From assembly GCA_964016885.1 (NCBI GenBank), contig OZ024740.1:52514001-52578000 (forward strand): a stretch of 64,000 bases of DNA, written 5' to 3'. Below the pieces are notes generated by a model, which had not been told where the DNA came from, searched no databases, and worked only from the letters and a program-made list of their open reading frames with translations. Source of the DNA: Eledone cirrhosa. Lineage: Eukaryota. Shown here one piece after another: positions 60,345 through 64,000 of the stretch. Made by a program: the position numbers and the translations under genes. Numbering within the stretch: the first letter of the stretch is position 1; the number at the start of each line of letters is the position of its first letter.

Positions 60345-60817
60345 TAGTACATAGAATAATGTGCAAATGTACGTGTGTATGGGGGTGGGGGATATCAGAT
60401 GTAGTGTTGGCGAATTTCAGGAACCGTGGAGGTTTTGAAGGATGCAGTTTTCCGACAGCTAACAGCCAATGCAGGTAGTTTGTTCCATGCTTCAGCAACT
60501 CTGAGAGTGAAAAAGTGTTTCCGAAAGCTATGGGAGCTGTGCTGTTTTCTGACTTTGTAGGCATGCCCATGGGTATTAGACACATGGAATTCAAAAAGGT
60601 GCTCAGGGCTGTTGTTGGCATGATGGTTAATAATGCTGTGTGTGTTTACCAAGTCAATTGCCAGACGTCGGAGCTTCAATGTATCCATGCCCAGGGAAGC
60701 AAGGCATTCAGAGTATGATAGATGCCTTATGATGGGTATTCGCTTGCTTGCACATCTCTAAACCGTTTCCAGGAGGTCAATATTCTGAGCAAGATAGGGG
60801 TTCCAAACCGGTGATGC
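60345..60817 (-). pseudogene. CR1-clade LINE 3' end
   Basis: TLKLRRLAIDL...THGHAYKV...RKHFFTLRVAEAWNKLP. Confidence 0.85.
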
Positions 60818-60904
60818 AAAAAAAAGGAGTAGAAAATTGAGATCTAAGATATCACACAGGCTGGGGCCCGTTTAAAGAAGAAGAGGCGTTCATTGAATAA
60901 GGAG

Positions 60905-61916
60905 GAAATATAAACCCTTTCTACTCGGAAATCATCAACCTATTGAAAGAAACTTACCAACTCAACAGCATATATCAAAACAGACTTGGGAACTACACAG
61001 TGTATAGACATCTTGAAGGGAATTAAGCAGGGGGATGTACTATCAGCACTTCTTTTCTGTATAGTTATAGCTGTACTTATCTACCAAACTGAAGAAGAAT
61101 GCTCCTCTGGCTATCAAATAGGAGGTAAAATCCTATCAAATCTTAGCTATGCAGACGATCTGGCCATCATGAGTTACTCTAGAACTGATCTGCAAGACTT
61201 TCTGAATGTACTTGCCAAACATTCGCTAGAGGCTGGCTTACACATCAACATCTCCAAAACAAAATGTATGGCAACTGATAAAAACAATGCCAATCTCCAA
61301 CTCACAATCTACAACCAGCAAATTGCTCAAGTTATGGAGTTTGTATATCTCGGTCACAAACTATCATCAAACAACAATGGAATGGTTGTTGCGCAGTATC
61401 CTATGGCTCTAGGTTGGGCAGCTTTCAACAAGAACAAGGAAGTACTAACATCAAAATGAGTTTCCTGTCATTTGAAGGCTAAGATCTTTGATACATCCTA
61501 CCAGTTGTGTTATATGGTCTTGACTGTGTTAATTGGACGATAAGGTCACTTCAGAAGTTCTCTACATTCTAGAACCACACATGAGACTTATGACTGGCAA
61601 GCGGCTCAGCGACCGTATATGTATCAGTGAACTGCTCAACATTACCAAACTTAGACCAATTACATCAATTGTCAAGTCAAGAGTACTCAAACTATACGGC
61701 CATATAAAAATATCAACTCGTAGTGTGAGTAGGTTATGCCTGGAAGGAAGGCTGGCTGGTAAGAGAAGCAGAGGGCGGCAGCCAAACCGATGGCTTGATA
61801 ATGTCAACTTATGGACTGGACTTGATCTTTACTCTTTGAACTCTGCTGCTGGTGATAGAACTTTGTGGAGAGAGATATCTAATGTTGATGTGCAGTCTGC
61901 AACTGGCGGAGTTTAG
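60905..61916 (+). pseudogene. RTE-clade LINE RT fragment (stop and frameshift)
   Basis: GIKQGDVLSALLF, LSYADDL, GLHINISKTK, FVYLG, LKLYGHI, GKRSRGRQPNRWLDNV. Confidence 0.9.
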
Positions 61917-62043
61917 CGTCACAAGAACTCGGAAATAATTTGTACGAAAAATTAAACGATGTGGATTTAACTGACCGAAGATCGAACGTCTATCACATTC
62001 GTAGCTTGCCAGTGTCTTGACACAATACTATGACTCTGTAATA

Positions 62044-62079
<36 letters not shown>

Positions 62080-62123
62080 TGTATGTATGTATATATGGAT
62101 GTATGTATGTATGTATGTATGTA

Positions 62124-62197
<74 letters not shown>

Positions 62198-62462
62198 TGT
62201 GTGTGTGTGTGTATGTATGTGTGGATGTGTGTATGGAAAGATAGATGTATAGCTGTATATTTAACTCTATGTATTTAAGTTGGTAACTATATATGCATAT
62301 GTACATTTACACACGTATTATCAACCATGTTAAGTCGGAACGCTTTGGGATATATAAAAAATCAATATGTGTGTGTGTGTGTGTGTGCTCGCGCACGTGT
62401 GTGCGTGTGTTCTTATAACATATTATATATTATATTATATTATCTACGTCTCTCTCTCTCAT

Positions 62463-62504
<42 letters not shown>

Positions 62505-62518
62505 CATAGAGAGAGAGG

Positions 62519-62730
<212 letters not shown>

Positions 62731-63235
62731 GATATATATATATATACATTCTTCCTCTATAACTTGCACAGTTGTATTTGAAAACCCAAAGAGAAAAAAA
62801 AATTTTTGTTTTCAAAGAGAATCTCATTTCTGACATATCTTTCCCCTCATTTGATTTACCCGTTTCCGATTTATAGAATGGCAGTTGTAATTTGGGAATT
62901 CCTTACGTCGTATCAAGATTGTATGGAACATTCATAGTTCCCATAAAATATTATATATCACAATGTACTTTTGTTGTCATACTAAACTGGATTATTATTC
63001 TCCATTATTAAAGGGTCTATTTTACTAAATTGTGATTTCATTAATACCTATGTCCCCCTTACAATTGTTTTCCTTATATTCTTCTAATCCTGAACTGTGA
63101 ACATAGCTCTAGATTGTTGATGTTGTTGCCGTTGTTGCTGCTGATGTTGTTGTCGTCGTTGTTGATGTTTTAATTCTCCAGCATCCCTATTTTCCCATAT
63201 TGATTATTTATTATTATACAGGGCCACTCAGCTCC

Positions 63236-63325
<90 letters not shown>

Positions 63326-63371
63326 CTCTTTCTCGCTCTTCTGTCACCTGTCTCTCTATCTATCTATCCCC

Positions 63372-63427
<56 letters not shown>

Positions 63428-64000
63428 GGCGAGAAGAGAGAGCGGAGGAGTATGAGGGGAAGGAAGGGGGAGAGAAAAATGGTGATTTGTATATATATAT
63501 ATATTCTTAGATCAATAGAACTAAGTACCAATCAAGTACTAGGTTGATTTAATTGACTTCCCCATTTCCCCAAAATTACTGACCTTTTGCCAATGTTAGA
63601 AAGAATCATTATATCAACTTAGAGCAATCAAAAGCTTTTGCTAGGATCGGTTATCAGGACTAGGCAACTGCCTTGGGGAAGCCAGTTTCGATTCCGTCTT
63701 AAGGAGCGGGATCACCGTAATATACAGCAACATCTGCTCGCTGGTCAGAATAAATGGTTACCAATCGGAACCGTTCAGTATCATACGCTCAGTTCTTCAA
63801 GAGTGTCTTCTCTCGTATCTTCGATATGTACTGACTCTAAAGTTATTACTGCAGAAACTAGAAACGTCGAGGGGCATCCCTCAAAAGCCAATATTGGTAA
63901 AGCCTTCCTAGCATTAGCAGATAAGCACTTCACTATTAACCATATATATAGAAAGCTACTCAACAATTTATGTCTCCTTATACAACTGATAAAACCGATT

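Overview
AT-rich, microsatellite-dense animal DNA with no recognisable host gene. The repeat landscape (tRNA-derived SINE family, RTE, R4/Dong, CR1 and Tx1 LINE remnants, large (TA)n tracts) suggests a coleoid cephalopod such as Octopus; this is an inference. The first ~37 kb is dominated by Penelope-like elements (PLEs; RT plus C-terminal GIY-YIG) inserted into (TA)n. They include one near-complete copy with inverted and direct pseudo-LTRs (8431-12877), several truncated or inverted copies, and many tiny fold-back insertions. About 20 type I hammerhead ribozyme motifs or half-motifs can be folded by eye beside (TA)n tracts. The most striking observation is a PLE copy (21340-25267) whose endonuclease region (~22823-23434) carries dense, one-directional sense-strand A-to-G changes (Y>C, K/R/N>G, H>R, T>A, I>V, K>E). 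This is what an ADAR A-to-I hyper-edited RNA would look like after reverse transcription into the genome. Also present are (TA)n-CAG compound satellites, a 34-bp minisatellite inside a hAT MITE, and (TACA)n-anchored R4 and RTE elements. All calls were made by eye; no database searches were run.
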